Shown here in pieces: positions 19,884 to 30,628 of a DNA stretch of 64,000 nt. The notes beneath the pieces are model-generated. The model did no database searches, was not told the origin of the DNA, and was given only the letters and a program-made list of their open reading frames with translations. Where the stretch lies: positions 237,008 through 301,007 of the IMG/VR virus record IMGVR_UViG_3300036770_007539; one strand, written 5' to 3'. Position 1 is the stretch's first letter, and every line of letters starts with the position of its first letter. The position numbers and the translations under genes are program-made.

Positions 19884-20303
19884 TCATTTATCCTCCTGTA
19901 ATTTTCTTTGGTTGTCGATGTAATCTTTTAAAGCGTCAATGGTAACATTGCCGCTTGTTGCCAAAAAATATGAAGGAGACCAAAAATTATCTCCCCATAA
20001 TTTATCCTTTAAAAATTCTTTGTATTTTTCACGAATAGCTCGTGAAGTTCTACCTTTGAGTAAATTTATATACTTAGTAATATCTAAAGTGGGCTTAGCT
20101 CTAAAAATAATATAAAGGTGATCTTCTCCGCATTCTTGTTCTACTATCTCTACGTCAAATTCGCTGGAAACTTTTTGAGCAATAGATTTTAAATCAAGAA
20201 TAATATCGTCCTGAACAAAAACTTTTTGACGGTATTTGACTACCGTCACAAAGTGATAGCACAGTGAATACACTGAGTTGTTGTTTTTGTCGGTTCGATA
20301 CAT
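19884..20303 (-). mobile_element. tnpA: IS200/IS605 family Y1 transposase, possibly inactive
   Basis: YHFVTVVKYR, EDHL, LKGRTSR, FWSPSYF, YIDNQ; the HUH motif reads H-L-Y. Confidence 0.9.
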
Positions 20304-20427
20304 TTTTAGCCTACTGAATATTATATCGAACTATTAGCCATCATCAAAAAAAACTAAAAGTATTATAATCTCTAATGAAAAAAGAAAAAAGCCATGTATA
20401 ATGATGGCTTGTTAATGATAAATTGAT

Positions 20428-21150
20428 TTAAGTTTTGACGCTGGTAATGGATACGATCTTATTTCCTAAATATCCGAATGTTTCGGTCAAGGTATTAACT
20501 GGAGCACCAGCTGCATTATATTGAATAATGTGAACTGAAGAAACTTGAGTGTGACAAGGATTAATATTATAAGATAATTGGTACTCCCTTATTTTCTTAT
20601 TCATAGTATTGTCAGTATAAATCGTATAGTTCATTACCTTATTAGCATTGTAAGTAACTAAACTGTACCCATCTTCAGCTATGTGATGGGTTAATGTATC
20701 TAGGTTTTCGTGAGTGGCTTCGCTAATCCCAACGCTATTAATAGCAATTTCTTTGATTGCATCTTGAAGATTTCTAGAAGTAATAGAAGTCATTCCAGTA
20801 GGATCGAATCCTATGAATTTGGCTCCTGGAGGATGCATAAAATGCATTTCGCCAAAAGAAACTTCTTCTACATCTTCTGCTACGCTAAATGAATAGTCAT
20901 TTAATATTTCTTTAACAGTATAATATCCGTCTGCATCTTCTGCATTATAGATGCAAACTCTATCCCCAACTTGAACGGGGTCGTCAATACTTCTTAAAAA
21001 GAAATCAGTGGTAACAATTTTATTACCACTGACCAAAGAAGAAACAATATGTACGATGGAACCGCTGGCATAGACTAAATAACCGTCAGAAGATAACTCT
21101 TCACGGCTTAAAAAGTCTAGATCATGAAAATCTTCTTTTCTAAGTGCCAT
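20428..21150 (-). CDS. Putative virion protein
   Basis: 240 aa ORF in the structural cluster. Confidence 0.5.
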   Translation of the reverse strand: MALRKEDFHDLDFLSREELSSDGYLVYASGSIVHIVSSLVSGNKIVTTDFFLRSIDDPVQVGDRVCIYNAEDADGYYTVKEILNDYSFSVAEDVEEVSFGEMHFMHPPGAKFIGFDPTGMTSITSRNLQDAIKEIAINSVGISEATHENLDTLTHHIAEDGYSLVTYNANKVMNYTIYTDNTMNKKIREYQLSYNINPCHTQVSSVHIIQYNAAGAPVNTLTETFGYLGNKIVSITSVKT

Positions 21151-21174
21151 CGAAACTTATGTTAAAAAATTAAC

Positions 21175-21564
21175 TTAAATCTTAGTTTTTTTCTTTTCTT
21201 TCGTCGCCTTTACCTCTTTCATGCTTTCTTCTTGTTCTTTAAAGCCCTTTAATTCTTCCATTTCCTGGGCTCTTCTTTCTTCATCTAACTTATTTCTTTC
21301 GCTTTGTATAATCAAAGCATTGATAACATTATAAATTATGCTGCTCATAGATGAAAATGCTTGAGCTTGTCCTTCGGCAATAGCAGCTTGCTTTTTTAAA
21401 TTTTCCGCAGTTGTTAAACAATTTTGTTTATTTTTCTCCGCATCATTCATCATTTGGATTAAAGAAGCTTCAAAAAAGTCTTTTTGAGAAGGATTAATTA
21501 ATCCAACAGCAATTGCATCCATCAATCTTTTTCGTAATTTTACTAGATCGTCTGCGTAACTCAT
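21175..21564 (-). CDS. Coiled-coil hypothetical protein
   Basis: 129 aa, helical. Confidence 0.55.
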   Translation of the reverse strand: MSYADDLVKLRKRLMDAIAVGLINPSQKDFFEASLIQMMNDAEKNKQNCLTTAENLKKQAAIAEGQAQAFSSMSSIIYNVINALIIQSERNKLDEERRAQEMEELKGFKEQEESMKEVKATKEKKKTKI

Positions 21565-21776
21565 GTCTTTCCTTTATTTTGTTTAGCTACGTAATTGGCA
21601 ACCGTTAAACATAACTCGCAATAAACTCCATTCATTCCTTTGCCTTTGACAGAAAAAAATCTAGTTGGAATTCTTTCATTTCCGACAAGAAACGACTCAG
21701 GCGGAACATGCCCTGAGTCGCACTTGTTATTTAATGGATTTTCTACTTGTTTAATGTTTAAATCGGGCTTCATCAC
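21561..21776 (-). CDS. Small putative Zn-binding protein
   Basis: CDSGH and CELC. Confidence 0.5.
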   Translation of the reverse strand: MMKPDLNIKQVENPLNNKCDSGHVPPESFLVGNERIPTRFFSVKGKGMNGVYCELCLTVANYVAKQNKGKT

Positions 21777-21787
21777 CTATCTATATA

Positions 21788-23281
21788 TCATTGATAGATA
21801 AGATAGTTGATGTGATCATTCGTATTAATTCTAAAATAAAAAGTTACTTCTGTTGTGCTAGTTTCTTGATATTCATTTCCACCAGAAACAGGACCAGGAT
21901 CTCTTAGCAATCCTCTAGCAAATACCAACATGTTCTGACCATTGTTTGAAGTATCTAAGGTATAAGATGCTCCACCAGGAATTGTATGTGCAGTTCCAGC
22001 ATTGAAACCAGCAGAAACTCTTTCAATGATCCTTACGAAGTTAGCAGATTCTAAAGCCGTAGATAATGCTTGCAATGAAGCTGTAATGCTTTCTCCGCTG
22101 GTTAATAATGAACCGGTATAAGTTCTATCACCAATTTGCTCATTCAATACATTTAAAGCTTCTACAATGGATGGAGTCGCATCTGGCAGATCACTAAATG
22201 GATAATAATTCCCAGTGTTTGTTAATAGTGAATTAAGATCCGAAGAGCCGCTACCCGCCCCAATTAGAGTGTAAATGTCTTCAATGGCTTGTTTATCATC
22301 GTTGACATCACCAACTAAACCATTAACTAACAAAACACGTAAGGCATTTTCATCCATACTGTGCAACGATTGTCTATAAGGATAAATTGCATGAATGTTA
22401 GTGGGCTGATCTCCGTCCCAAGTATAAGGAACTGAAAAAGAAATTGGTGCGCCTGTTGGAACAGCTCTAAATTCAAGCTCAACGCTGTCAGGTGACATTC
22501 CGGAACCAGCTCTAACTCTTCCGAAAATGCGATAACCATCTTCTGCGCCGCCGACTGCAATTAATTCGTTTTCTAAATCAGAATACAATTCAACATAAGT
22601 TGACTCCCAGTTACCGGAATCATAACCATCCCAAATTGGAACGCCGGTAATGTCAACTGAATCAGCATGTTTTAAATTACCAACATCGGTCAAGGTAACA
22701 AATGTATCGCCCATGCCAACAGAAATATTCTCAAATTTTCTATTGGTAACAATGGCTTTTGCATCGGTGGTGTGTCCAGCAATGTTGGCTAAGTTAGCAG
22801 CTACAGTGGCGCTGGTATCTTCGGGACGTACATAGGTTGGAATAGCTGCATGATAGCTAACGCCTTTAATAGCTTCACGATCTGTACGAATAAAATTAAT
22901 ATCGTCTTCGAGAGAATATGGATTTCTTTCTTCCCAAGAAATTGAACCGCTGTTTGCATCAGGAAATACTGCAGTTGCATTAACAAATTCTATTTCTGTA
23001 GCAGATAGAACATCTGTAATTAAAAAGGTACCGTTGTTGCCAGGATCATCTGCATCAGTTATGGTAATAAATCTACCAATAGCAGAGGCTGTCATACCAG
23101 TTACGCCGCTAATCGATACAACTCCAGCATTGACTGCATCGACGCTTAGCGTTGCGCCTGACTGACCTGTTACAGGAGCGCCTAAAGAATTGGGCTCGTC
23201 AGATAAATTGGCATTGGCATTTTTAATTAAAGATCCGGCAATATCTAGTGCTTGATCAAGCGCATTTTTACGATAGCTCAT
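21788..23281 (-). CDS. Putative virion/tail structural protein
   Basis: 497 aa, beta-rich. Confidence 0.55.
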   Translation of the reverse strand: MSYRKNALDQALDIAGSLIKNANANLSDEPNSLGAPVTGQSGATLSVDAVNAGVVSISGVTGMTASAIGRFITITDADDPGNNGTFLITDVLSATEIEFVNATAVFPDANSGSISWEERNPYSLEDDINFIRTDREAIKGVSYHAAIPTYVRPEDTSATVAANLANIAGHTTDAKAIVTNRKFENISVGMGDTFVTLTDVGNLKHADSVDITGVPIWDGYDSGNWESTYVELYSDLENELIAVGGAEDGYRIFGRVRAGSGMSPDSVELEFRAVPTGAPISFSVPYTWDGDQPTNIHAIYPYRQSLHSMDENALRVLLVNGLVGDVNDDKQAIEDIYTLIGAGSGSSDLNSLLTNTGNYYPFSDLPDATPSIVEALNVLNEQIGDRTYTGSLLTSGESITASLQALSTALESANFVRIIERVSAGFNAGTAHTIPGGASYTLDTSNNGQNMLVFARGLLRDPGPVSGGNEYQETSTTEVTFYFRINTNDHINYLIYQ

Positions 23282-23354
23282 TGTTTCCTTTTAAAAACAG
23301 TTACATTAAGATGCAAAATTATTAATTGCTTAAACTCTTGATATATTAAAATAT

Positions 23355-24629
23355 ATGCTGATTTCAATTTTTACACCCACAAATAATACCTCTTGGCTTC
23401 TCGAAGCTTGGCAATCCCTGCAAAATCAGTCTCAAGAATTTGAATGGTTGATTGGTTTAAACAACGGAGCTGATGCTTCCATTATTCCCAATGATCCTCG
23501 GATTCGTCAAATAACTCTTGGAGAATGGAAAGGAGTTGGAGATGCCAAGCTTCGATTATGTTGTGAAGCCAAAGGAGAAGTAGTATTAGAATTAGACCAT
23601 GATGATATTTTAGCTGATGGAGCTTTGGCTAAAGTAGCAGAAGCTTTTGTCAATCCAGAAGTTGGTTTTGTTTATTCCGATACGGCAGAGTGGCTCGATG
23701 CTACAGGAGAGCCCTTTACTTATTCAGAAGCTTATGGTTGGAAAAGCTATCCTTGTGAAATTCAAGGAAGAAAGTTACAAGCCACTGCATCAAAACCAGC
23801 AACGGCTAGAAATATGTGTCAGATTCTTAATGCTCCCAATCATTTAAGAGCTTGGAGAAAAAGCGTTTATGATGCAGTTGGTGGACATGATGCCTCTTTA
23901 CAAGTAGCTGATGATTTTGATTTAATGTGCAGAACTTATTTAGTTACTAAGTTTTATCATATCAAAGAAGCTTTGTATGGTTATCGTCGAAGAGCAGATG
24001 GAGCCAATACTTGGATTTTGCATAATAAAGAAATTCAAAGACTTTGTGGGCAAGGAGCAGACCTAACTATTCCTGCGGAAGGTCAAGCTATGCCATTAAG
24101 AGATAAATATCTTCATAAGTTAGTTGAAAGAGAATGTCAATTAAATAATTTAAAGATGGTAGATATTGGCGGGGGAATTTTTGGAGCACCAGGCTGGACT
24201 ACTTTAGACGTTTCAGGTAAGCCAGATGTTCAATGGGATGTTTTTGGAACCAAGAAATTACCGTTTGAAGATAATTCTATTGGAGCTTTTAGAGCATTTG
24301 ATTTTCTGGAGCATGGTGAGAATTTGGATGCATTTTGGTTGATGGATGAAATTTATCGTTGTTTAGTTCCTGGAGGATGGTTTTTATCTTATACGCCTCA
24401 TGCGCAAGGAATTGGGGCAACGTGTGATCCATCTCATCGATCTCAGTGGGATGAACGAAGGTTTTTGTATTGGTGCTCTGAGCAATTGAGACCATTTTTA
24501 CTTTCGGCTTATCCTGAGGCTAAGGCTAAATTTCAAGCAGTAAGATTATATAAGGAGACAAGAATAATGGGACCTTCACCTTGGAGGTTTGAGGTCCCAT
24601 ATCTTATAGCTGATTTGATGAAAGTTTAG
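23355..24629 (+). CDS. GT2 glycosyltransferase fused to a class I SAM methyltransferase-like domain
   Basis: ISIFTPT, LELDHDD, HLRAW, ADDFDL; C-terminal VDIGGG, FDFLEH, LVPGG, DPSH. Confidence 0.85.
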   Translation: MLISIFTPTNNTSWLLEAWQSLQNQSQEFEWLIGLNNGADASIIPNDPRIRQITLGEWKGVGDAKLRLCCEAKGEVVLELDHDDILADGALAKVAEAFVNPEVGFVYSDTAEWLDATGEPFTYSEAYGWKSYPCEIQGRKLQATASKPATARNMCQILNAPNHLRAWRKSVYDAVGGHDASLQVADDFDLMCRTYLVTKFYHIKEALYGYRRRADGANTWILHNKEIQRLCGQGADLTIPAEGQAMPLRDKYLHKLVERECQLNNLKMVDIGGGIFGAPGWTTLDVSGKPDVQWDVFGTKKLPFEDNSIGAFRAFDFLEHGENLDAFWLMDEIYRCLVPGGWFLSYTPHAQGIGATCDPSHRSQWDERRFLYWCSEQLRPFLLSAYPEAKAKFQAVRLYKETRIMGPSPWRFEVPYLIADLMKV

Positions 24630-24631
24630 AT

Positions 24632-25561
24632 TTATTCAGTTATATCGCTGGGCGTTACTGAATATTTTTTCCAAGTTAACGGGGAAGTAGATGAGCAAAC
24701 ATAAATACCACTATCAGCGTAAACTGTTTGTCCTACAACTGCATCTCCTGGTAAGTCTGCAAATCCGCTGGCATTTGGAAAAGCTGAAGTGGGTGGTGTG
24801 AAATTGCTGGTGTAACGTGCTAAGCCTTTGGTGATCCTAAATTCATCGAGATAGCCATTCAAGAAGCCAGTGGGAGAATTCCAGCTTTCAGAACCGATTG
24901 ACCAATAGGATGCTCCGTTTGTGACCGAAGCTGCCGTGGCGCTGTCTCCAGCCTGTGTTCCATTCCAAAAAATCATTACGTTGCTACCACTTTTTACAAC
25001 TGCAAAATGATACCAAGTATCGACAAGTATCGTAGGAACTGTTCGAACAATACCACCAGGAGTACTATTCAAACTAAGTATAAGAGATGTCGATGAATTA
25101 ATCCCAAATCCAATGTCAGCAATACTTCCTGCGTTGTATTTGTTGACAATTACTTGATAGGATACGGTGTTGAGCCTTACCCATCCTTCAATGGTTAAAT
25201 CTCCGCTTCCGAAATCTGTGTCAGAAGATGCAGGAAATGTTAGGTAATCTCCGCTTCCATCGAAGGCAGCTGAAGCTCCACCGAATTTGCTTTGTGCCGT
25301 GCTAATTTTAGCATTTCCATATGCTGTAATCGTTTTTGGTGAGTATGATTTATCTGTGAACGTCGTGCTGTTATTAGCTCCGTCCATATGAAGGAGGAGT
25401 GAAACAGTTGGGTCTCCTATAACTGCATAAGATGATCCTGCCGCATTTGATCCGGCAATGCCTGTTGCGCCTTGAGCCCCCTGAGGACCTTGAATGCTTT
25501 GACCTTGTGGACCTTGGGCTCCCTGAGCCCCTTGTGGTCCTGCTACGTTTAAATTTAACAT
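24632..25561 (-). CDS. LamG/ConA-like fibre tip protein with a very short collagen segment
   Basis: LLLHMDG, KFGGASAAFDG, DLTIEGW, WYHFAVV, GYLDEFRITKG.ARY. Confidence 0.8.
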   Translation of the reverse strand: MLNLNVAGPQGAQGAQGPQGQSIQGPQGAQGATGIAGSNAAGSSYAVIGDPTVSLLLHMDGANNSTTFTDKSYSPKTITAYGNAKISTAQSKFGGASAAFDGSGDYLTFPASSDTDFGSGDLTIEGWVRLNTVSYQVIVNKYNAGSIADIGFGINSSTSLILSLNSTPGGIVRTVPTILVDTWYHFAVVKSGSNVMIFWNGTQAGDSATAASVTNGASYWSIGSESWNSPTGFLNGYLDEFRITKGLARYTSNFTPPTSAFPNASGFADLPGDAVVGQTVYADSGIYVCSSTSPLTWKKYSVTPSDITE

Positions 25562-25694
25562 TAATATCTCCTGAGATTGTTAATTGTTTAATCTTAATAC
25601 TAAAAAATATCAAGGTAAAAAACTTACCTTGATATTTTTCTTTATATTAGTATATGATTTTATTGGTAATTTTAAAGCGCCTCATTAACTAAAA

Positions 25695-27785
25695 TCAAGT
25701 TGGAACTATTGCATACTTTTTCCAAGCAACAGGGGACTCACCAGAACAAATAAACACGCCTTGATTAGTGTGAACAATGTCACCAGCTTTTGGACTAACA
25801 GGCAATGAAGCTGTGCCATCTTCTGTTGCAAATGCTTCTGTTGGCGGTGTAAAATTGCTAGTATAGCGAGCTGTGTGGCTAATTCTAAACTCGTCCATGT
25901 AGCCATTAAGGAAAAGGTTAGGTCCGCTTATTCTATCACATCCAATAGTAATGTGAATGCCAGAATTTTTAGGATTAGATGCCGCAGCGCCCCCATATTG
26001 AGTTCCATTCCAATATATTCTTAATTCTCCGCTTGAATTTCTAACTACTGCAATATGATGCCATGTTTCAGCAGTTATTGAGGGAATTGTAACAGGATGA
26101 GTAAATGTGGTAAATCCTCCAGGATGCCAAGCCCAAGTAATTTGAGTTGCGCTATCTATGTAAAGACCATAATCATAAGTAATGTTATGATTATGCTTTC
26201 CTATAATACACATTTGCGTATTTGGAACTGATGGAAAATACAACCATGTCTCTATGGTAAATTCTTTGTTGCCAAGAGCGAATTCATCACTGGGGTTGTA
26301 ATATATAAAAGAATCAGTGCCATTAAAATAACCACTGGAGACTCCAAATTTTTTAATGGCTGTACTTAATTTGGCACCACCTGATACAGTTGGAGTGATT
26401 GGACTAGAAGAGCTGTCAAGAAATGTTGTACTATTATTGTCGCCATTCATATGCAATAAGAGCATGGTCGAAGAGCCCGACACTGGCGTCAATTCCATAT
26501 AAGTATTTGCACTGTTTCCAGCGACTCCTTGCACGCCTTGAGGTCCTTGCGATCCGCCATATTCTCCTTTAAAGCCTTGACTTCCTTGGACTCCTTGGGC
26601 TCCTTGAGTTCCTTGAAAACCTTGATTGCCCTGAGTGCCTTGAGGTCCTTGAACTGCTAAACCTTGAAATCCTTGATTTCCTTGAGATCCTTGATTTCCT
26701 TGGCTTCCTTGGTCCCCTTGTACGCCTTGGGTACCTTGAAGACCCTGCGACCCTTGATGACCTTGCGACCCTTGAAAACCAATAAATCCATCAAAGCCTT
26801 GATGACCTTGAAGTCCTCGGTTTCCTTGAAAGCCTTCATTGCCTTGAAAGCCTTGAGGACCTTGGGGTCCTTGGGGACCTTGAGAACCTATCGGTCCTTG
26901 TGGTCCGGGTATTCCTTGAAAACCTTGAGTGCCTTGATCTCCCGTATGTCCTGGATATCCTTGATATCCTCTGTGTGGTCCAGGATGACCTTGATGACCT
27001 ACAACCGATCCTTGAACGCCTCTGTCTCCGCCATAGTTAGAATAACCTTGAGGACCTTGAACTCCTTGTATCCCTTGAGGACCGCCTGGAATTCCTTGAA
27101 ATCCTTGATGTCCCTGTGAACCCTGCGGACCTTGTGGACCAGGACCACCTTGAGGTCCTTGAGCCCCAGAAGATCCAGAATGTCCCGCAGGACCATTTGA
27201 GCCTTGAGGACCTTGATGACCTAAATGCCCATCCGGTCCTTGAAATCCTTGGACTCCAACAATATCTCCTTGAACTCCACGATTTCCTTGAACGCCTTGA
27301 ATTCCTCGATTCCCATCTAATCCTTGATGCCCTTGAAATCCTTGAAATCCAGTCTCGCCTTTCACGCTTAAGAAAATTGAATATTCTTTGCCTGCAACTA
27401 AACTTCCATCAGAGCCAGAAATATTAGCCGAAACGATAACTGCATATCCGCTTCCGGTAGAATATACTGAAGAAACATCAGTAACTGTTCCTACTCGATA
27501 TTTGCTATCATCATCCAATTGAACCAAGGAAAGTTTTAAATCTTGTGTTTCTAGCAATGATTTAAAACCAGCTAACAATACAGTTACATCATTGGATTCA
27601 TTGTTAATGACGTTAATTGCTAACTGTAAAGAGCTGCCTTGTTGAAAATATTTGGCATATCCATCTAATGGATTAACATCTTCTGCATTGTTGGATGGCG
27701 CTACTTTCCATTTAGAAACGCCTTTTAAATTAGATCCGCTGTTTCCTTGAGAACCTTTTGGAGCTGTGATATTTAAATGAATCAT
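25695..27785 (-). CDS. Collagen-like fibre with LamG domain
   Basis: Long G-X-Q triplet run; C-terminal LamG motifs. Confidence 0.85.
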   Translation of the reverse strand: MIHLNITAPKGSQGNSGSNLKGVSKWKVAPSNNAEDVNPLDGYAKYFQQGSSLQLAINVINNESNDVTVLLAGFKSLLETQDLKLSLVQLDDDSKYRVGTVTDVSSVYSTGSGYAVIVSANISGSDGSLVAGKEYSIFLSVKGETGFQGFQGHQGLDGNRGIQGVQGNRGVQGDIVGVQGFQGPDGHLGHQGPQGSNGPAGHSGSSGAQGPQGGPGPQGPQGSQGHQGFQGIPGGPQGIQGVQGPQGYSNYGGDRGVQGSVVGHQGHPGPHRGYQGYPGHTGDQGTQGFQGIPGPQGPIGSQGPQGPQGPQGFQGNEGFQGNRGLQGHQGFDGFIGFQGSQGHQGSQGLQGTQGVQGDQGSQGNQGSQGNQGFQGLAVQGPQGTQGNQGFQGTQGAQGVQGSQGFKGEYGGSQGPQGVQGVAGNSANTYMELTPVSGSSTMLLLHMNGDNNSTTFLDSSSSPITPTVSGGAKLSTAIKKFGVSSGYFNGTDSFIYYNPSDEFALGNKEFTIETWLYFPSVPNTQMCIIGKHNHNITYDYGLYIDSATQITWAWHPGGFTTFTHPVTIPSITAETWHHIAVVRNSSGELRIYWNGTQYGGAAASNPKNSGIHITIGCDRISGPNLFLNGYMDEFRISHTARYTSNFTPPTEAFATEDGTASLPVSPKAGDIVHTNQGVFICSGESPVAWKKYAIVPT

Positions 27786-27800
27786 ATTTTCTCCAAATTA

Positions 27801-29921
27801 TCAAGGATAGATGGTTACAGGTGTAGATGAATATTTTTTCCAAGTTGCAGGAGATGTTGCTGAACATACATAAAATCCATCTCCAGAGTAAACAATTTGA
27901 CCCAACGTTGGATTAGCTGGCAAGTAAGAAGCAGCATCTGCATTTGCAAATGCACTCGTTGAGGGTGTAAAGTTTCCTGTGTATCTGGCAATTCCTTTAC
28001 TGATACGAATTTCATCAATATATCCATTTACATACCAGCGAGGGGAGTTAGGTCTATCTGCGCCAACTCCTAAAGTAGAAACTGAGTTTGTTGTGGCGGT
28101 CACAAATGAATCACCTGCTTGAGTTCCATTCCAATAAATAGCATATGTTCCAGAGTTTTTTACAACAGCAAAGTGATACCATGCCCCAGTTGTTATTGCT
28201 GGAATTTCTCTGTAATAGAAAGCTCCATTTGTATAAAAATGTACATAATTGGCTCTGTCAATAGAGAATAACCAGTCTGCAGCAATGCCGCTATTATGCT
28301 TAGTAACAACGGTCATTGTAGTAGCATCGGACCAGCCCGCCCCTCCAGCAGCTCCAACTGAACTAAGATTTACCCATCCTTCTATGGTAAAATCACCGCT
28401 GCTCAAATCAAAATCTGAAGAATAAGGTATGTTTAAGTATCCGGAACCATTAAAACTTCCGCTGGCGCTGCCAAATTTACTGGTTGCTGTGCTAATTTTG
28501 GCAGTTCCGTTAGCTGCGGGAATCTTGGTGGTATAAGAGTTATCTGTAAATGTAGTACTTTCATTTGCTCCATCCATATGCAAAAGCAATGAAACTGTTG
28601 AATCACCTAAATCGGTATAACTAGCGTTTACTCCATTTCCAGGTCCAGCTGCCCCTTGGACTCCTTGTGGTCCTTGTGGTCCGGTAGTATCGCCTTGTAC
28701 ACCTTGCGTTCCTTGCGTTCCTTGGAATCCTTGAACGCCTTGAGTTCCCTGTGTTCCTTGCGTTCCTTGAGCGCCTTGCACAGATGAGCCTTGAACGCCT
28801 TGTGCTCCTTGAGTACCTTGAAAGCCCTGCGCTCCTTGAACGCCTTGAGTTCCTTGAGTTCCTTGAAAGCCTTGGGTTCCTTGAACACCTTGCGTTCCTT
28901 GGGCTCCAACGAATCCTGGCTCGCCTTGGAATCCTTGGTTTCCTTGAACGCCTTGAGAGCCTTGAACGCCTTGAGGTCCTGGGTATCCTCTAACTCCAGT
29001 GCTGCCCGTTGGACCAGTAGCTCCTTGAGGTCCGCCATACATGCCTTGATGACCTTGTGGACCTTGTGCTCCTTGCACTCCTTGATAACCTTGAGGTCCA
29101 CCAGCAGCGCCTTGAACGCCTTGGGGTCCTTGAGGTCCTGCATAGCCTTGGGGTCCTTGTGGAGCTTGAGGTCCCATTGCTCCTACAGGACCAGGGAATC
29201 CTTGCGGTCCTTGGGGATTTCCTTGATGACCTTGGGGTCCTTGGACGCCTTGGAATCCTTGAGGACCGCCAAATAATCCTTGAGGACCTTGAGCACCCTG
29301 ACTTCCTTGAACGCCCTGTCCTCCGACTACTCCTTGATAACCTTGAGGACCTTGAGCGCCTTGTACACCTTGGACTCCTTGAGGACCACCGGAGGCGCCT
29401 TGATGACCTTGCAAACCTTGAGGTCCTTGATAACCATCAACTCCTTGTACTCCTTGGCTGCCTTGAACGCCTTGTGCTCCGGTATCACCACGGACATTGA
29501 TTAATATAGAATATTCTTTTCCTTCGGTAAATTCTCCAGAAGCATTCAAAATAAGGCTGGCAATAATGGCGGCATTTCCTGATCCCACAGGATAAGGATA
29601 CACACTGGAAATAGCACTAATTAATCCAGATTTATAAATGCTAGGGTCATCATTTTGAATAACGGTAACGATTAAACCTTCAGATTGTAATAAGGTTTTA
29701 GAGCTAGTTAAGAACTCTAATACGCTGCTAGAACTGCTGTTAATTTCGTTGATTGCAAATTGTAAAGAAGGACCATCTTGGAAAAATTTAAAATATCCAT
29801 CGACAGGATAAACATCTGAATTATTTATAGCGGCAGACATTCGCCATTTAGAGTTGCCCAGTAAATTAGAACCGCTAATTCCTTGAACTCCTTGAGGTCC
29901 GCTGATGTTTAATTGTATCAT
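27801..29921 (-). CDS. Collagen-like fibre with LamG domain
   Basis: Long G-X-Q triplet run; C-terminal LamG motifs. Confidence 0.85.
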   Translation of the reverse strand: MIQLNISGPQGVQGISGSNLLGNSKWRMSAAINNSDVYPVDGYFKFFQDGPSLQFAINEINSSSSSVLEFLTSSKTLLQSEGLIVTVIQNDDPSIYKSGLISAISSVYPYPVGSGNAAIIASLILNASGEFTEGKEYSILINVRGDTGAQGVQGSQGVQGVDGYQGPQGLQGHQGASGGPQGVQGVQGAQGPQGYQGVVGGQGVQGSQGAQGPQGLFGGPQGFQGVQGPQGHQGNPQGPQGFPGPVGAMGPQAPQGPQGYAGPQGPQGVQGAAGGPQGYQGVQGAQGPQGHQGMYGGPQGATGPTGSTGVRGYPGPQGVQGSQGVQGNQGFQGEPGFVGAQGTQGVQGTQGFQGTQGTQGVQGAQGFQGTQGAQGVQGSSVQGAQGTQGTQGTQGVQGFQGTQGTQGVQGDTTGPQGPQGVQGAAGPGNGVNASYTDLGDSTVSLLLHMDGANESTTFTDNSYTTKIPAANGTAKISTATSKFGSASGSFNGSGYLNIPYSSDFDLSSGDFTIEGWVNLSSVGAAGGAGWSDATTMTVVTKHNSGIAADWLFSIDRANYVHFYTNGAFYYREIPAITTGAWYHFAVVKNSGTYAIYWNGTQAGDSFVTATTNSVSTLGVGADRPNSPRWYVNGYIDEIRISKGIARYTGNFTPSTSAFANADAASYLPANPTLGQIVYSGDGFYVCSATSPATWKKYSSTPVTIYP

Positions 29922-30007
29922 CTAATTCTCCAAAACAAGTTAAATAAATAAACTTACAAGTTTATCTTCATCTGCCCATCTTTATTTATATCTGTTTATT
30001 GAATAAT

Positions 30008-30475
30008 TTAATAACTTAACTCCACTTCCAATACCCCCACCGCCCTCAACCTCTCCATAACTAAATTGTCCATCTTGTAACAATGCAACCTCTCCCTGTC
30101 ACTATAATATACCTCCCCACGCCTCATATACAACATCATGTCATCGTAATCTAAATAATAATACTCATCATCCACCACCCTCTTCTCTACCTCTATCCCC
30201 AAATCCCCCAACTTGTTCACCCACTCCAATGCCACATCCCATAACAACATCTCCACCCTCCCCACCATACTTATATCTTTAACCCTCCAAATCTTTCCCA
30301 CTCCCATATCCTCCGACTCCATCAATAAATATCCAATCTCCTTGGTCTTTCCCCGTACACATATCCTCACCTCTCCATCTCTAGAAAAAAGTTTAACCTT
30401 ATACCCGTTGGGCAACTTCACCAAACGGTCTTTGAGCCCGTCTAAGTTGCGTATAAAAGTCATACCTATATGCAA
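30008..30475 (-). CDS. Hypothetical protein (possibly acetyltransferase-like)
   Basis: 155 aa; composition distorted by skew. Confidence 0.45.
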   Translation of the reverse strand: MHIGMTFIRNLDGLKDRLVKLPNGYKVKLFSRDGEVRICVRGKTKEIGYLLMESEDMGVGKIWRVKDISMVGRVEMLLWDVALEWVNKLGDLGIEVEKRVVDDEYYYLDYDDMMLYMRRGEVYYSDRERLHCYKMDNLVMERLRAVGVLEVELSY

Positions 30476-30628
30476 TTTTAATCGTAAATTTTCCCAAACT
30501 TAAATAATTAATTTAATCTTTTTCTCGTCGCCCTAAAAATTAAAATCTTCCGAGTAAACCTTGCCACCCAATATAAATCGATCCAAAATCGGAGTGCTAT
30601 CTTTCCGCTAAATTTAATATCATTTTTT

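Noticed and set aside
7750-25700. Phage late-promoter motif (GATATAAT/GTATATAA-like) upstream of minus-strand genes
   Set aside because: Too short and too common in AT-rich DNA to support without statistics
9899-29504. Many overlapping or antisense ORFs in the fibre and collagen genes
   Set aside because: Shadow frames caused by repetitive codon patterns; they lack RBS and have low-complexity products
13433-29921. Diversity-generating retroelement acting on the fibre tips
   Set aside because: No reverse transcriptase and no template/variable repeat pair differing only at adenines
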